Of a stretch of DNA of 64,000 bases, positions 38,552 through 49,100 are shown piece after piece. The stretch is from the NCBI GenBank assembly GCA_964482435.1, contig CAYZXL010000010.1:36946-100945 (forward strand), read 5' to 3'. A program made the position numbers and the translations under genes. The notes beneath the pieces are model-generated. The model was not told the DNA's origin and searched no databases. It saw only the letters and a program-made list of their open reading frames with translations. Source of the stretch: an uncultured Verrucomicrobiota bacterium. GTDB lineage: Bacteria > Auribacterota > JABMQX01. Position 1 is the first letter of the stretch; the number at the start of each line of letters is the position of its first letter.

Positions 38552-41500
38552 ATGCCCGAGGAGCAACAAAAAGGACGGCAGAAACGCGCAGCTCAGAGGG
38601 AGGCATGGGGTATGGCGGCCCCAAGGTTTTCCAAAGGCGAGGCAGTTCGGTTCGGATGGAAGACGGCGAAGCGCAATGTGGGGTTTTTTGCGGGCCTCAC
38701 TATCTTAGTCGGGATCACCCACGTTACTCCCTGGCTTATCACGGCTGCGGCCCGACAGGATGCGGGGCTTCTCCCTCGTATTGTCAGCGTCGCTTCATGG
38801 CTACCACAAATCGTGGTGCAGATGGGGGTCATGAGAATCGCCTTAAGATTCTGCGACGGCGCGAGGGGCGCACTTAGCGATTTATTCTCCTGTTTTCCTC
38901 TGTACTTCAGATATGTACTTGGTTCGAATCTATACGCGCTGATATGTTTCGGGGTGCCGTTCTGGGCATATCTACTTAGTCCGATTCTACTCGTGGCGGC
39001 GCTTTTGTTATTTGCCATCCCCGGCATTATCTGGTCAATGAAATACCAGTTCTTTGGGTATTTCATCGTTGACAGGGGAGTCCCTGCCGTGAAAGCACTT
39101 CGCGCAAGCGCGAGGATCACCAGGGGCGCTAAGCGGGAGTTGTTCGAGTTCGCTATATTGCTCGTCCTTATCAACATTCTCGGGGCCCTGTGCCTGGGCA
39201 TCGGTCTCTTTGTGACGGTCCCGCTATCGCTGCTTGCTCATGCCTTCGTGTATCGAAAGTTGCTGGCGGCTACGGAAGGTGTTCGAACAGCAGAGACCCT
39301 TGAGGCCGTTCGACCCCGTGAATCAGTACTAAGAGTGCTCGGCTCGGTGCAGCTAACCGTCACGCTCTCGTTTCTCGTAGCCGTGGCGCTGATGGTTGCA
39401 ACCCTCATCGAGAATCAGGCTCAGGCTGGTCGCAATATTTACCATTCCTGGTGGTTTATTTCGCTGCTCGGGCTTTTCTGTCTCAATCTTCTTCTCTGCA
39501 CGGCAGGGCGATGGTCCTTCAGAGCGAAGAAGATCGGGATAACTGTTGCCCACGCAGGCGTCCTGGTCATGGTCGTCGGAGTGGTCATCGGCGCCATCTG
39601 GGGGCAGCGAGGCTCCGTTCAACTCTACATCGGCCAGGCGGACGATATTTGGTACCTCGAAAATAACAAGAAGATGAAGCTCCCCTTCGTCGTTTATCTC
39701 AAATACTTTAAGGTGCAACGCTATGTTCGTGAAAGGCTTGTGGTTTACGTGGTGGACCGCAACCTCGTCCGCTCTTTCCCGATGGAAGTCGGCAAGAGCT
39801 TCAGGGTTGCCGGGACGCCGTATTCCGTGACGACCCTGCGCTACGAGCCAGACTTCGTTGTTCTCGGCAAAGGGGGTTTCGGGAGCCGCTCCAGCGAGCC
39901 AAAAAATCCAGCAGTCCAGGTTCGCGTCGAGGACGGGTCAGACAACAAGACACTGTGGGTCTTCGCAAAAGCCCCCGGCATGCACCAGGACCCGGATTCC
40001 AACGTCCGCCTCCTTTATCAGCGGGTCGAAGAAAGGATCAAGAATTTCAAATCAAAGGTCCTGCTCCTGGGCGAGAAGGTCGTCCTTGTCGTGGATGACA
40101 GGCCCGTGGAGACGGGGTACTGGGGGCTCAGTCACCCTGTTTTCAGTCCGGATGGCAGGCACGTCGCATACAAGGGTTCGGGTACAGACGGCGCATGGGA
40201 GTGCGTAGTAGTGGACGGACAGCCCGGACCGAGATACGAAGCGCTTGGCCCCAGGCCTCCCGTGTTTCATGGGGACGGTACCCTGGAATATCTGGCCTTC
40301 GGAGACGGGGTGGTCTACCGCGTTAAACACATCCCGCAAGCTAAGAGCCCGCCGGAAAAGAGGTCTCCACCCGTCGGCAAGGAAACTGGCACCGGACGCC
40401 GCAGCATTTTTGAGGAACGTACTACTCCGCCCGTCACCTCCTCGCAAAGAACAGCGCCCCTCGCTAGCAAAACAACCCCTACCCGCCGGTCGAGCCTCTT
40501 CCATGACGAGCCCACTTCCGGCCGCACCGTTGCCGTCGCACAGGCCGCGTACCAGGTCGAGGAGGAGAAGGTCGGGACAATTGACCGCTCGGCATTTGAC
40601 CACGCCAAGTTCAGCGGGGATGGATTGCACATCGCCTACCGGGTGGACAAGGATGGTAGGTGGATGGTCGCATTGGATGGGAAGGCAGGCCCCGACTTCC
40701 AATGTGCCGGACTCTCGGGGGAGTATTTCTGTGAGCGGCTTTTAGCCCTCAGTTCGGACGCAAAGCGGTTGGCGTACGCCGCCGTGGAGGCTGGCAAGAC
40801 ATTCGTGGTTATGGACGGCAGGCCGGGACCCGCGTATGACGACGTTCAGGACGTCACCCTCAGCGCGGATGGAAGGCGTGTCGCATATGTCGCCAAGAGG
40901 GGCAACAAGTCGTTCGTGGTCGTTGATGAGCAAGCCGGCCCAGAGCTCGACGAGATTAGAGACCCGGCCTTCAGTCCCGACGGGGCGCGATTTGCCTACA
41001 AGGGCAGAGTGCTGGGCGAGCAGACATACGTACTCGCCGTGGACGGCAGACCAAGGCCTGAGCTGGGCGCTGTTTCTGATTTTGTCTTCAGCCCCGACGG
41101 AAAACGAATGGCGTATGTGGCCGAGAAAAATTCCAACCGGTTTGTGGTACTCGATGGACAAGGCGGTCCGGAGTTCAGCAACATCGAGGATTTGATGTTT
41201 AGCGCGGACGGCAAGCGCTTCGCGTACGTCGGTGAGCGTGTAAGTAAAGGTGCGAGAGAAACGATCCTGGTTGTGGATGGGACTTTGATACGGGGCGTCG
41301 GCGTTTACCCCCGGCAAACCTTCAGCGCGGATGGTAAGCGCCTGGCCTACGCAGCCCCCAGCGGCGACGGGTGTCGTGTCATGCTGGACGGCAAGCCGGG
41401 CCCTGTGTATTTTGACGTGCTGGACCTCACTTTCAGTCCTGACGGGAGGCGACTCGCGTACTGCGCCAGAGAGATCCTCGCCTCCAAGACGATTGAAGTC

Positions 41501-41737
41501 AACAAGCCCTTGAGATACCAGGGCTTTTCGATGTATCAATCAGCCTACGATGAGCAGCGCGAAATGTTTTCCGTTCTTGGCATAGTCAAAGACCCCGGCC
41601 TCCCTCTCGTCTATATCGGGTTCGCGGTGATTTCGGCAGGAGTCCTCTTCAACTTCTATCTGCGCCCCATCTTGACGGGGAAAGCACGGGGAACAGCGAC
41701 CCAGAAGGCGCACGCCAGCGGAAGAAACACTGACTGA
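38552..41737 (+). CDS. resB: ResB/CcsB-like cytochrome c biogenesis protein with an N-terminal DUF975-like membrane domain and a PD40-type beta-propeller periplasmic domain
   Basis: Residues 1 to about 265 form a four-TM domain with FGWKTAKRNVGFF. Around residues 280 to 330 is a ResB N-motif (IYHSWWFISLLGLFCLNLLLC). Residues from about 530 to 970 carry at least eight FSPDG[KR]R[FLMV]AY repeats, and the ResB C-terminal region reads MYQSAYDEQREMFSVLGIVKDPGLPLVYIGFAVISAGVLFNFYL. Confidence 0.65.
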   Translation: MPEEQQKGRQKRAAQREAWGMAAPRFSKGEAVRFGWKTAKRNVGFFAGLTILVGITHVTPWLITAAARQDAGLLPRIVSVASWLPQIVVQMGVMRIALRFCDGARGALSDLFSCFPLYFRYVLGSNLYALICFGVPFWAYLLSPILLVAALLLFAIPGIIWSMKYQFFGYFIVDRGVPAVKALRASARITRGAKRELFEFAILLVLINILGALCLGIGLFVTVPLSLLAHAFVYRKLLAATEGVRTAETLEAVRPRESVLRVLGSVQLTVTLSFLVAVALMVATLIENQAQAGRNIYHSWWFISLLGLFCLNLLLCTAGRWSFRAKKIGITVAHAGVLVMVVGVVIGAIWGQRGSVQLYIGQADDIWYLENNKKMKLPFVVYLKYFKVQRYVRERLVVYVVDRNLVRSFPMEVGKSFRVAGTPYSVTTLRYEPDFVVLGKGGFGSRSSEPKNPAVQVRVEDGSDNKTLWVFAKAPGMHQDPDSNVRLLYQRVEERIKNFKSKVLLLGEKVVLVVDDRPVETGYWGLSHPVFSPDGRHVAYKGSGTDGAWECVVVDGQPGPRYEALGPRPPVFHGDGTLEYLAFGDGVVYRVKHIPQAKSPPEKRSPPVGKETGTGRRSIFEERTTPPVTSSQRTAPLASKTTPTRRSSLFHDEPTSGRTVAVAQAAYQVEEEKVGTIDRSAFDHAKFSGDGLHIAYRVDKDGRWMVALDGKAGPDFQCAGLSGEYFCERLLALSSDAKRLAYAAVEAGKTFVVMDGRPGPAYDDVQDVTLSADGRRVAYVAKRGNKSFVVVDEQAGPELDEIRDPAFSPDGARFAYKGRVLGEQTYVLAVDGRPRPELGAVSDFVFSPDGKRMAYVAEKNSNRFVVLDGQGGPEFSNIEDLMFSADGKRFAYVGERVSKGARETILVVDGTLIRGVGVYPRQTFSADGKRLAYAAPSGDGCRVMLDGKPGPVYFDVLDLTFSPDGRRLAYCAREILASKTIEVNKPLRYQGFSMYQSAYDEQREMFSVLGIVKDPGLPLVYIGFAVISAGVLFNFYLRPILTGKARGTATQKAHASGRNTD

Positions 41738-41747
41738 AAAGGGAGCC

Positions 41748-42740
41748 ATGTCACCCACAAGATTATTCTTCACCTGTGCCGAAGTAGCCTATTTCTTAGC
41801 GGGTGTGACTTTCGTAATTTACTACCTGAGCCGCAAGAGTGGCTTTCGGGTCGTTGCGATTTCTCTTCTGGTCGTCGGCGCGCTGTCCCAGGCCCTTTTC
41901 GTCGCCTGGCGATGGGGGGAAGCAGGACGCCCCCCGTTCGCCAATACGTTTGAAACGCTCGTGTTCTTCAGCCTGGTCATCGCGGTAGTCTGCATTGTCC
42001 TGGAGCTGCTTTATTCACCGAAGATTGTCGGGGCGGGCGGCGCGCTCCTCGCCCTCTTAGCCGTCGGGTACGCGAACCTGTTTGAGTGGCAAATCGAGCC
42101 CCTTATGCCCGCCCTGCAAAACAACTTCTGGTTGACCCTCCACGTCGTCTTCTGCTTCATCAGCTACGGCTCTTTCGCGGTATCTTTCGTGGCGGCTCTC
42201 ATTTTCCTTGTGATGCACGGCGGCGTCTTGCGAAAGATTTCGGCGTTTCTGGTATCTCTTTGCGTCGTGGGGCTTGTCGGTGGCCTGTTCTACGGGTTGG
42301 CGCTGCTGGGAATGGGTATCGCAGCCGCCGTGGCCGGAGGAGTTGTCGTGGCGGGGTTGATCTCACTCGCCCTGACATCCATTCTGACAAAGAAAGGAGT
42401 CACGGCCGAAGGAAGAACCAGCGTTCTCTCGGACCTGGTATGGAAGATGGTCGCGTTCGGCTTTCCGTTTCTCACTCTCGGAATCATGACTGGCTCGGTC
42501 TGGGCGAGCGTCGCTTGGGGGAGGTACTGGGGATGGGACCCGAAGGAAACGTGGTCGCTGATTACCTGGCTCGTTTACGCATTTTTCCTTCACGTGCGAT
42601 TCTCCGGCGGGCTGTTCGGCCTGAAGGCAAAATCGCTCCCGCAACTCCAGGCGATTCTCTCGGCGATTGGTTTCCTCTTCGTCCTTTTCACCTACTTCGG
42701 GGTCAACTACCTCCTGTCCGGCCTCCACGCCTACACATAA
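41748..42740 (+). CDS. ccsA: cytochrome c-type biogenesis protein CcsA/ResC (heme-handling WWD protein)
   Basis: The protein has the Trp-rich WWD motif WGRYWGWDPKETWSLITW and eight predicted TM helices. Confidence 0.85.
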   Translation: MSPTRLFFTCAEVAYFLAGVTFVIYYLSRKSGFRVVAISLLVVGALSQALFVAWRWGEAGRPPFANTFETLVFFSLVIAVVCIVLELLYSPKIVGAGGALLALLAVGYANLFEWQIEPLMPALQNNFWLTLHVVFCFISYGSFAVSFVAALIFLVMHGGVLRKISAFLVSLCVVGLVGGLFYGLALLGMGIAAAVAGGVVVAGLISLALTSILTKKGVTAEGRTSVLSDLVWKMVAFGFPFLTLGIMTGSVWASVAWGRYWGWDPKETWSLITWLVYAFFLHVRFSGGLFGLKAKSLPQLQAILSAIGFLFVLFTYFGVNYLLSGLHAYT

Positions 42741-42809
42741 TACGCGCCACCCGGTCACGAGTGGAACCCCGTTGGTCGAGACGACAGCCGTCGCCCGGAA
42801 AAAATCCCC

Positions 42810-42838
42810 TTGACAGAAATCCGGGCTTGTGCTTTATT
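42810..42838 (+). promoter_or_regulatory. candidate promoter TTGACA-17-TTTATT upstream of tetR
   Basis: The -35 TTGACA at 42810-42815 is consensus and the -10 is AT-rich. Together with the operator this sits about 45 bp upstream of the tetR start. Confidence 0.4.
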
Positions 42839-42841
42839 TTA

Positions 42842-42857
42842 GACTGACTGGTCAGTC
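42842..42857. promoter_or_regulatory. perfect inverted repeat GACTGACtgGTCAGTC (TetR-type operator)
   Basis: Seven-bp arms with a 2-bp spacer lie immediately downstream of the candidate -10 and 26 bp upstream of the tetR start. This is the classic autoregulatory TetR operator position. Confidence 0.55.
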
Positions 42858-42883
42858 AGATTTCTGGCTGGAGGCGTGGTTCA

Positions 42884-43507
42884 TTGGCTATCACAGTTAG
42901 CAAAAGAGAGTTGCGAGCCGACCGAAACCGGAACAAGATTCTCAGCGCTGCCATGAAAGTGTTTTCCGGGAAGGGGTTCCACAAGGCGACCCTCGACGAG
43001 ATTTGCAGGCGAGCTGACCTGGGCAAGGGGACTATCTACCAGCATTTCAGCAACAAGAAAGACCTGTTTCTGGCGATTGTTGATTCGTTCGCGGCAGAGC
43101 TGGGAAAGCGCATTGAGGACGCCGTAAACGGGATTGAGGACGATTTCCTCCGGCTGCGAAAGGCGGTCTCGGCGTACATGGGCTTTCACGGCGGGCATCG
43201 CGCCTTTTACCGGCTCTTGATACACGAGGAAAGCTCCTTCACGAAGGAAATCCATGAGCGGTTTCGCACGAAGTACTTCTCCCATCTACAGATTCTCGAG
43301 GAAGTCCTCCGCAGGGGAATGAAGAACGGCAAAATGAAGAAAATGAATCCCAGAACCGCAACGTTCGCCCTCATTGGGATGTGCAATCTGACGATTTTCC
43401 GGTGGCTTTTATCAGAAAGGCCGTACCCGTTAGAGAGGGAGGCGGGCCCGATCCTGAAAATCTTTCTATGGGGGATTGCACAACAGCAAGAGGGTGGAGG
43501 GGCTTAG
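42884..43507 (+). CDS. TetR/AcrR family transcriptional regulator
   Basis: The N-terminal HTH has the signature ILSAAMKVFSGKGFHKATLDEICRRADLGKGTIYQHFSNKKDL. Confidence 0.85.
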   Translation: MAITVSKRELRADRNRNKILSAAMKVFSGKGFHKATLDEICRRADLGKGTIYQHFSNKKDLFLAIVDSFAAELGKRIEDAVNGIEDDFLRLRKAVSAYMGFHGGHRAFYRLLIHEESSFTKEIHERFRTKYFSHLQILEEVLRRGMKNGKMKKMNPRTATFALIGMCNLTIFRWLLSERPYPLEREAGPILKIFLWGIAQQQEGGGA

Positions 43508-43510
43508 AGG

Positions 43511-44857
43511 ATGACTTTTGACGGCGTTTCACGGAAATTCTGGAGTTTGTGTGCAGGCGCTTCTCTCCTGATGAGCGCCTGTGCGATGGCAGGCGAAGTC
43601 GAGTCTCGGAAGGGCGCCCCTTTGTCTCTCTCCATCCAGGATAGTGTCAAGATTGCCGTGCGGAACAATCCCGTCGTGCAGATTGCGAGGGAAGAGCAAA
43701 GCGTCGCCCGTGGGAAGCTAACCGAAGCCAGGTCAGCAACCCTGCCTCACTTGGCGGCTTCGGGAACATATACATGGCTGGAGAGAGTCCCCAGCGCCAC
43801 ATTCATGGAGAGAACTTTCACGCTGGGCGAACAGGGACAGTACCTCACGTCGCTCGACCTTTCCCAGACCCTGTTCAGCGGCGGGCGCATCTCCGCTGGC
43901 ATACGGGGTGCAAAGTTCTACCGCGCCCTTGCCGAAGAGCAGCTCCGCGGGACGCAGCAGACTATCGCCTTCAGTGCCGAGAAAGCCTACTACGATGTCC
44001 TGGTCAATGCGGAATTCTATGCCGTCAGCCAGCACGCCCTCGAGCTTGCAGAAGGGCACAAAGCCGATGTGGAGAAAAGGCACGCGCAGGGGACAGTTTC
44101 GGACTACGACCTCCTTCGGGCGACCATCGAAGTCTCCAACATGCGTGCCCAGATGATCAAAGCCCGAAATGCCCTGAATCTCACGCAGACGACCTTTCTG
44201 AAAGTGCTGGCCTTACCTCTGACGACGGAATTTCTTTTGACCGACAAGCTTTCATACGAGCGAGCGACGGCGAAAATGGAGGAGAGCCTGGCAGTGGCTT
44301 TGCTCCAGCGGTCGGACTTGAAACAGGCCGACATCAAAGTAGCCATGCAGAAGGAAACCATTCGCGCCACGGCGGGAGCATTGTATCCGACGCTGGCTGC
44401 CGTCGGAACCTGGGAAGGAGGCAACGCAAGCCGGTTCTCATTTGGCGGCACGGGGTGGAGTGAGGGCTGGTACGTCGGCGCCATGGTCTCTGTCCCGGTT
44501 TTTGAGGGGATGGAAACGAAGGGAAAGTTGGCTCAAGAAAGAGCAAGGCTTCGCCAAAACGAGCTTCAAAAACAGGATTCTCTTCAGTCGGTTGAGCTGG
44601 AAGTCAAACAAGCCATCCTGAACCTCGAGGACGCCACAGAGTTTGTGGAATCCCAGAAAGAAAATGTCAGGCAGGCGGAGGAAGGCCTGCGCCTGGCCAA
44701 TGTACGCTACGCCAATGACATGGCGACGGAACTGGACGTGCTGGATGCGAGGGTCGCGCTGACTCAGGCCCGGAACAACTACGCGCAGGCGGTTTACAGC
44801 CATATGCTTGCCCGGTTATCCCTGAAGAAAGCTATGGGAGTCATTCCCCTGCCGTAG
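43511..44857 (+). CDS. TolC-like outer membrane efflux protein (OMF)
   Basis: The 448-aa protein has a signal peptide and two repeated alpha/beta-barrel halves with a TolC-like coiled-coil pattern. It lies upstream of MFP and RND genes. Confidence 0.75.
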   Translation: MTFDGVSRKFWSLCAGASLLMSACAMAGEVESRKGAPLSLSIQDSVKIAVRNNPVVQIAREEQSVARGKLTEARSATLPHLAASGTYTWLERVPSATFMERTFTLGEQGQYLTSLDLSQTLFSGGRISAGIRGAKFYRALAEEQLRGTQQTIAFSAEKAYYDVLVNAEFYAVSQHALELAEGHKADVEKRHAQGTVSDYDLLRATIEVSNMRAQMIKARNALNLTQTTFLKVLALPLTTEFLLTDKLSYERATAKMEESLAVALLQRSDLKQADIKVAMQKETIRATAGALYPTLAAVGTWEGGNASRFSFGGTGWSEGWYVGAMVSVPVFEGMETKGKLAQERARLRQNELQKQDSLQSVELEVKQAILNLEDATEFVESQKENVRQAEEGLRLANVRYANDMATELDVLDARVALTQARNNYAQAVYSHMLARLSLKKAMGVIPLP

Positions 44858-44876
44858 GCAACGAAAGGACACAGGA

Positions 44877-46094
44877 GTGCGCAAGGGCAAAATCGTGATC
44901 CTGTTGATTGTGGCCGCCCTGGCAGCGGGAACAGGCTACCGTGTGTACCGCCTTATCACTGCGAAGGAGAAACAGCCCGAGTCCTCTGATTCCGCGGCGG
45001 TGGCCGTTAAGGTTACGCCCGTGGAGGTGGGCACGATTCGACGGGACATTCGACTGACGGGTGATGTTCAGGCGGAGACAAGCGTGCAGGTCTTCCCGAA
45101 ATGCCCTGGTCGTTTGCTGGAGCCAACGGAGAAGCACCTGGAAAAGGCCCGTGCTCTATACAAGGAGGGGGCGATCTCCGAGGAGCCTGTCGCCAAAATC
45201 GAAGAAGTGGATGAGGGATACGTCGTTGCGAAGGGCCAGGTCATTGCCGTTATTGACCACGAGAACCCGGAGGCGCAGGTTAACCAGGCGAGGGCAGCGC
45301 TGACCACCGCCGACGCTCAGCTCAATCAGGCGGATGTTGCGCTCACGCAGACGGAAAAGGACCTCGAAAGAACTCGCAACCTGGAAAAGGAGGGTGCGGC
45401 TTCGAAGCAGGCTCTCGAGAAAATTGAGGCGGAATATAAGAGTCTCGTCCAGCAGAAGAACGTTGCCGAAGCGAGGGTCACCCAAAGCCGCGCTGCCTTC
45501 AACCAGGCCCAGATTCTGTTGGCGGAGTGTTTCATCACGGCGCCCATTTCCGGGATCATCTCTCAGAGATTCCTCGAGACGGGAGATATGGCGATGGTAA
45601 CGCGCCCGATCTTCGCCATCGTAGATGTGGACAAGGTTGAGGTAACCGCCGACCTTCCTGAAAGGAACCTCAACGACGTTCGAGAAGGGGCAGAGGTTTC
45701 GATGGGGGTGGACGCCTTTCCCGGGCGTGTGTTCAAGGGCATTATCACCAAAATCAGCCCGACGTTAAACGTTGTGAACCGCACCGCGAAATTGGAGATC
45801 ACAGTTCCGAATTCGGACCATGCCCTCAAGCCCGGGATGTTTGCTCGGGTGACCATGAATATTGCAGAAAGAAAGGGAGTCCCGGTTATCCCCGAGGCGG
45901 CGGTTCTCGGAGACGAATCCGGCAGGTATGTTTTCGTCGTTGGGAGCGGTGTTGCCCACCGCCGCAATGTGACCCTTGGCCTGGAAGAAGGGCCCACGGT
46001 CGAGGTGGCCGAGGGACTCCAACCCGGAGAAATGCTGGTAACCGCAGGCCATCAGAAGCTATTAGAAGGACAGTCTGTGCAAGTGGAGAAATAA
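44877..46094 (+). CDS. efflux RND transporter periplasmic adaptor (membrane fusion protein)
   Basis: The protein has an N-terminal TM anchor, a coiled-coil hairpin and beta-barrel domains of the HlyD/AcrA family, with a GTG start. Confidence 0.8.
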   Translation: MRKGKIVILLIVAALAAGTGYRVYRLITAKEKQPESSDSAAVAVKVTPVEVGTIRRDIRLTGDVQAETSVQVFPKCPGRLLEPTEKHLEKARALYKEGAISEEPVAKIEEVDEGYVVAKGQVIAVIDHENPEAQVNQARAALTTADAQLNQADVALTQTEKDLERTRNLEKEGAASKQALEKIEAEYKSLVQQKNVAEARVTQSRAAFNQAQILLAECFITAPISGIISQRFLETGDMAMVTRPIFAIVDVDKVEVTADLPERNLNDVREGAEVSMGVDAFPGRVFKGIITKISPTLNVVNRTAKLEITVPNSDHALKPGMFARVTMNIAERKGVPVIPEAAVLGDESGRYVFVVGSGVAHRRNVTLGLEEGPTVEVAEGLQPGEMLVTAGHQKLLEGQSVQVEK

Positions 46095-46176
46095 GGGGTG
46101 AGACAAGGCGGCTCTCGCGCGAATGCCTGAGCGCTCAGTGCCCGTCGTTACCCGAAAATCGGGAGTGTAGTTTGCC

Positions 46177-49100
46177 ATGAGCCTTCCTCGTTTTTGCGTC
46201 GGGCATCCCGTAACAACCCTGATGATTTTCTTTGGGGTTATCCTCATAAGCATCATCTCACTCCTTCGCCTTCCCGTGGACATGTTTCCGGAGATGACCA
46301 TCCCGTCCCTCAGTGTGATTACCCAGTATCCGGGGGCCAGTGCGGAGGACGTCGAGACGCAGGTGACGGAGCCGCTCGAAGACCGTCTCACGACGATCCC
46401 CGACCTCAAGCACATCCTCTCCACGTCCAAACAGGACCTATCTGTGATTACACTGAGCTTTGAGTGGGGAACGGACCTCGACACGCGAGCTAACGACGTC
46501 AGGGATGCCATCGGTTTCGCGGAGGTGGTCTTGCCCGACGACGCGGAAAAGCCCCTCGTCCTCAAATTTGACGTGTCCAACTTCCCCGTCATGGGTTACG
46601 GCATTACCGCCAGGGAAAGCTACCCTGACCTGAAGGAGACCGTCGAGAATGAGGTTGCTGACCCCCTCAAGCGGATTCCGGGTGTCGGCGCGGTCATGAT
46701 TCGAGGAGCACCGCGTCGTCAGGTCAACATTGACCTCGACCGCCAGCTCCTCGCGACTCATCATCTTACCCCTCAGGATGTCGTCCGTGCCATCTACAGC
46801 GAAAACCAGACCAATCCGGCCGGCAATCTCAAAGTTGGGGTCAAGGACTACTCCATTCGCGTGCCCGGTGAGTTCAAACAAGTCGAGCCGATGAAGCGAA
46901 TCGTCGTCTCCAACCAGGGAGGAAAGATTGTCCGCCTGGAGGATGTCGCTACTACGGTAGAGTATGCCTTCGCAGAGGAATTACAGCCTGTCCGAATTGA
47001 TGGTCAAAAGGGTCTTGTCCTCATGGTCCTCAGGCAATCTGGCGCCAATACGGTCAAGGTTGCCAGAGCGGTCCAGAAACAGGTAAAGGTCCTCGCCAAG
47101 CGCCTCCCGGAGGACGCCAAAGTCATTAGCGTCTGGGACGGTTCCGAAGACATTACTCGGATGATTAACGACCTCGTGACGACATTGTGGCAAGGGGGGC
47201 TGTTGACCGTCCTCGTTATCCTCATCTTTCTGCGGCAAGTCCGTGCGACGTTCATCATCGCGCTGTCCATTCCGTTTTCTCTGATCTCGACTCTGATTCT
47301 CACGTACGTCCTCGGCTACACGATTAACATGATCTCTCTCTTTGGCCTCGTCGTCGCCGTCGGAATGGTCGTGGACAACTCCATTGTCATCCTCGAGAAC
47401 ATCTCTCGGCATCGGGAGGAGGGAGAGAGCAAGAAAGAAGGCGCGCTCTACGGGGCGGGGGAGGTGGCACTGGCCGTCGCAGCGTCCACGTACACCACCG
47501 TCGTGGTTTTCCTCCCCCTGATCTTCGTCAAAGGGGTCATCAAGATTCTGTTTACACAGTTTGGAGTCGTTTTCTGCGCGACCATTCTCAGTTCCCTCTT
47601 CATCGCCGTTACTCTTACTCCGATGCTCTCCTCGAAGATACTGCCAGGGGCCTGGGACGAGACTCGGTCCAAGGGGCTTTTCCGCAGGCTTTATCAATGG
47701 TCCGGGCGGCTTCTCGACCCTATCTTTGTCGGGTACGATAAAGCGCTCGCATGGGCCTTGAACCATCGCAAGACCGTGATTGCCTTAGCGGTCGCCATCT
47801 TCGGCGGGAGCCTCTTCCTGATGCCATTCATCGGCAGCGAATTCACCCCCGATCAGGACCAGGGCTCTCTCCAGGGAACCCTTTACCTCCCTGTCGGAAC
47901 GAGGGTCGAGGAAACCGATCGGATCATGGCGGAAATCGAGGAGATTATGAAACGGGAGGTTCCCCCGGAAGAATTGTTGGTCACTTATGTTCGCTGCGGT
48001 CAGAGCGAGGAGGGGATATCAAGCATCTTTGGAGACGAAGGTCCCCACATTGGCGAATTTGGGGTGAAGCTCGTTCCGAAGACCCAGCGCAAAGAGGGCT
48101 TCAAGGAGATCGCCGAAAGGCTTCGAAAGAGAATTGCCCAGATTCCGGAGATAGAGAAATTCCGTGTTGAGACCCAGGACCCAATGGCCGGACTTCTACT
48201 CGGACAGGAGCGGCCCGTTACCGTCAACGTCTTCGGCAGAGACATGGAAAAGACCGATGCTTTCGCCGCGGAAGTCGAGAAAATCTTTCAGTCCGTGCGC
48301 GGAACAACCGACGTGGAAATCTCCCGGGTCAAAGGAAAGCCGGAGCTATGGGTGCAGATTGACCGCGACAAGGCTTCCTCGATGGGGTTGAATGTCTCAA
48401 CGATTTCTGACACGGTTCGTGCCGCGTTCTACGGCCGCGAGGCATCCAAATACAGAATCGGCGGCAACCAATACGACATCTTCGTTCGCCTCGACGACAA
48501 AAACCGCCTGACGCCCGACGATGTCCGGGAAATGGACATTCGCCTGCCGACCGGCGAGACCACGCAAGTCGCCAACCTCGCCGAGGTTGTCCCCCACCTC
48601 GGCCCCGTGACCATCGAACGAAAGGACCGCGACCGCATTGTTAACGTTGGCTCCGGCGTTGGCAAGCGGTCCATGGGCGAGATTGTGACGGATGTCAAGA
48701 AAAAAGTCGAGCGTCTTCCGCGAACGCCAGGGGTGGAGTGGCAGATGGCGGGTCAAGCAGAGGAGCAGAAGGAATCCTTCTTCTGGCTGAGGATTGCCAT
48801 TCTCATTGGCGTCATTCTCGTTTACATGGTCATGGCGGCTCAGTTCGAGTCGTTACTCCATCCTTTCGTAGTCATGTTCTCGGTTCCGTTCGCTTTCACG
48901 GGAGTCATCTGGGCTATGTTCCTCGGCGGATTTCATCTTAGTATCGTCGTTTTCATAGGGGTGCTGCTGCTCATCGGCATCGTCGTGAACAATGCTATCG
49001 TCCTGGTTGACTATACGAACATTCTCCGGGCGCGCGGCCTTGGAATCAAGGAGGCCGCCTTCCGGGCGGGAAGGACCCGGCTGCGGCCCGTTCTCATGAC

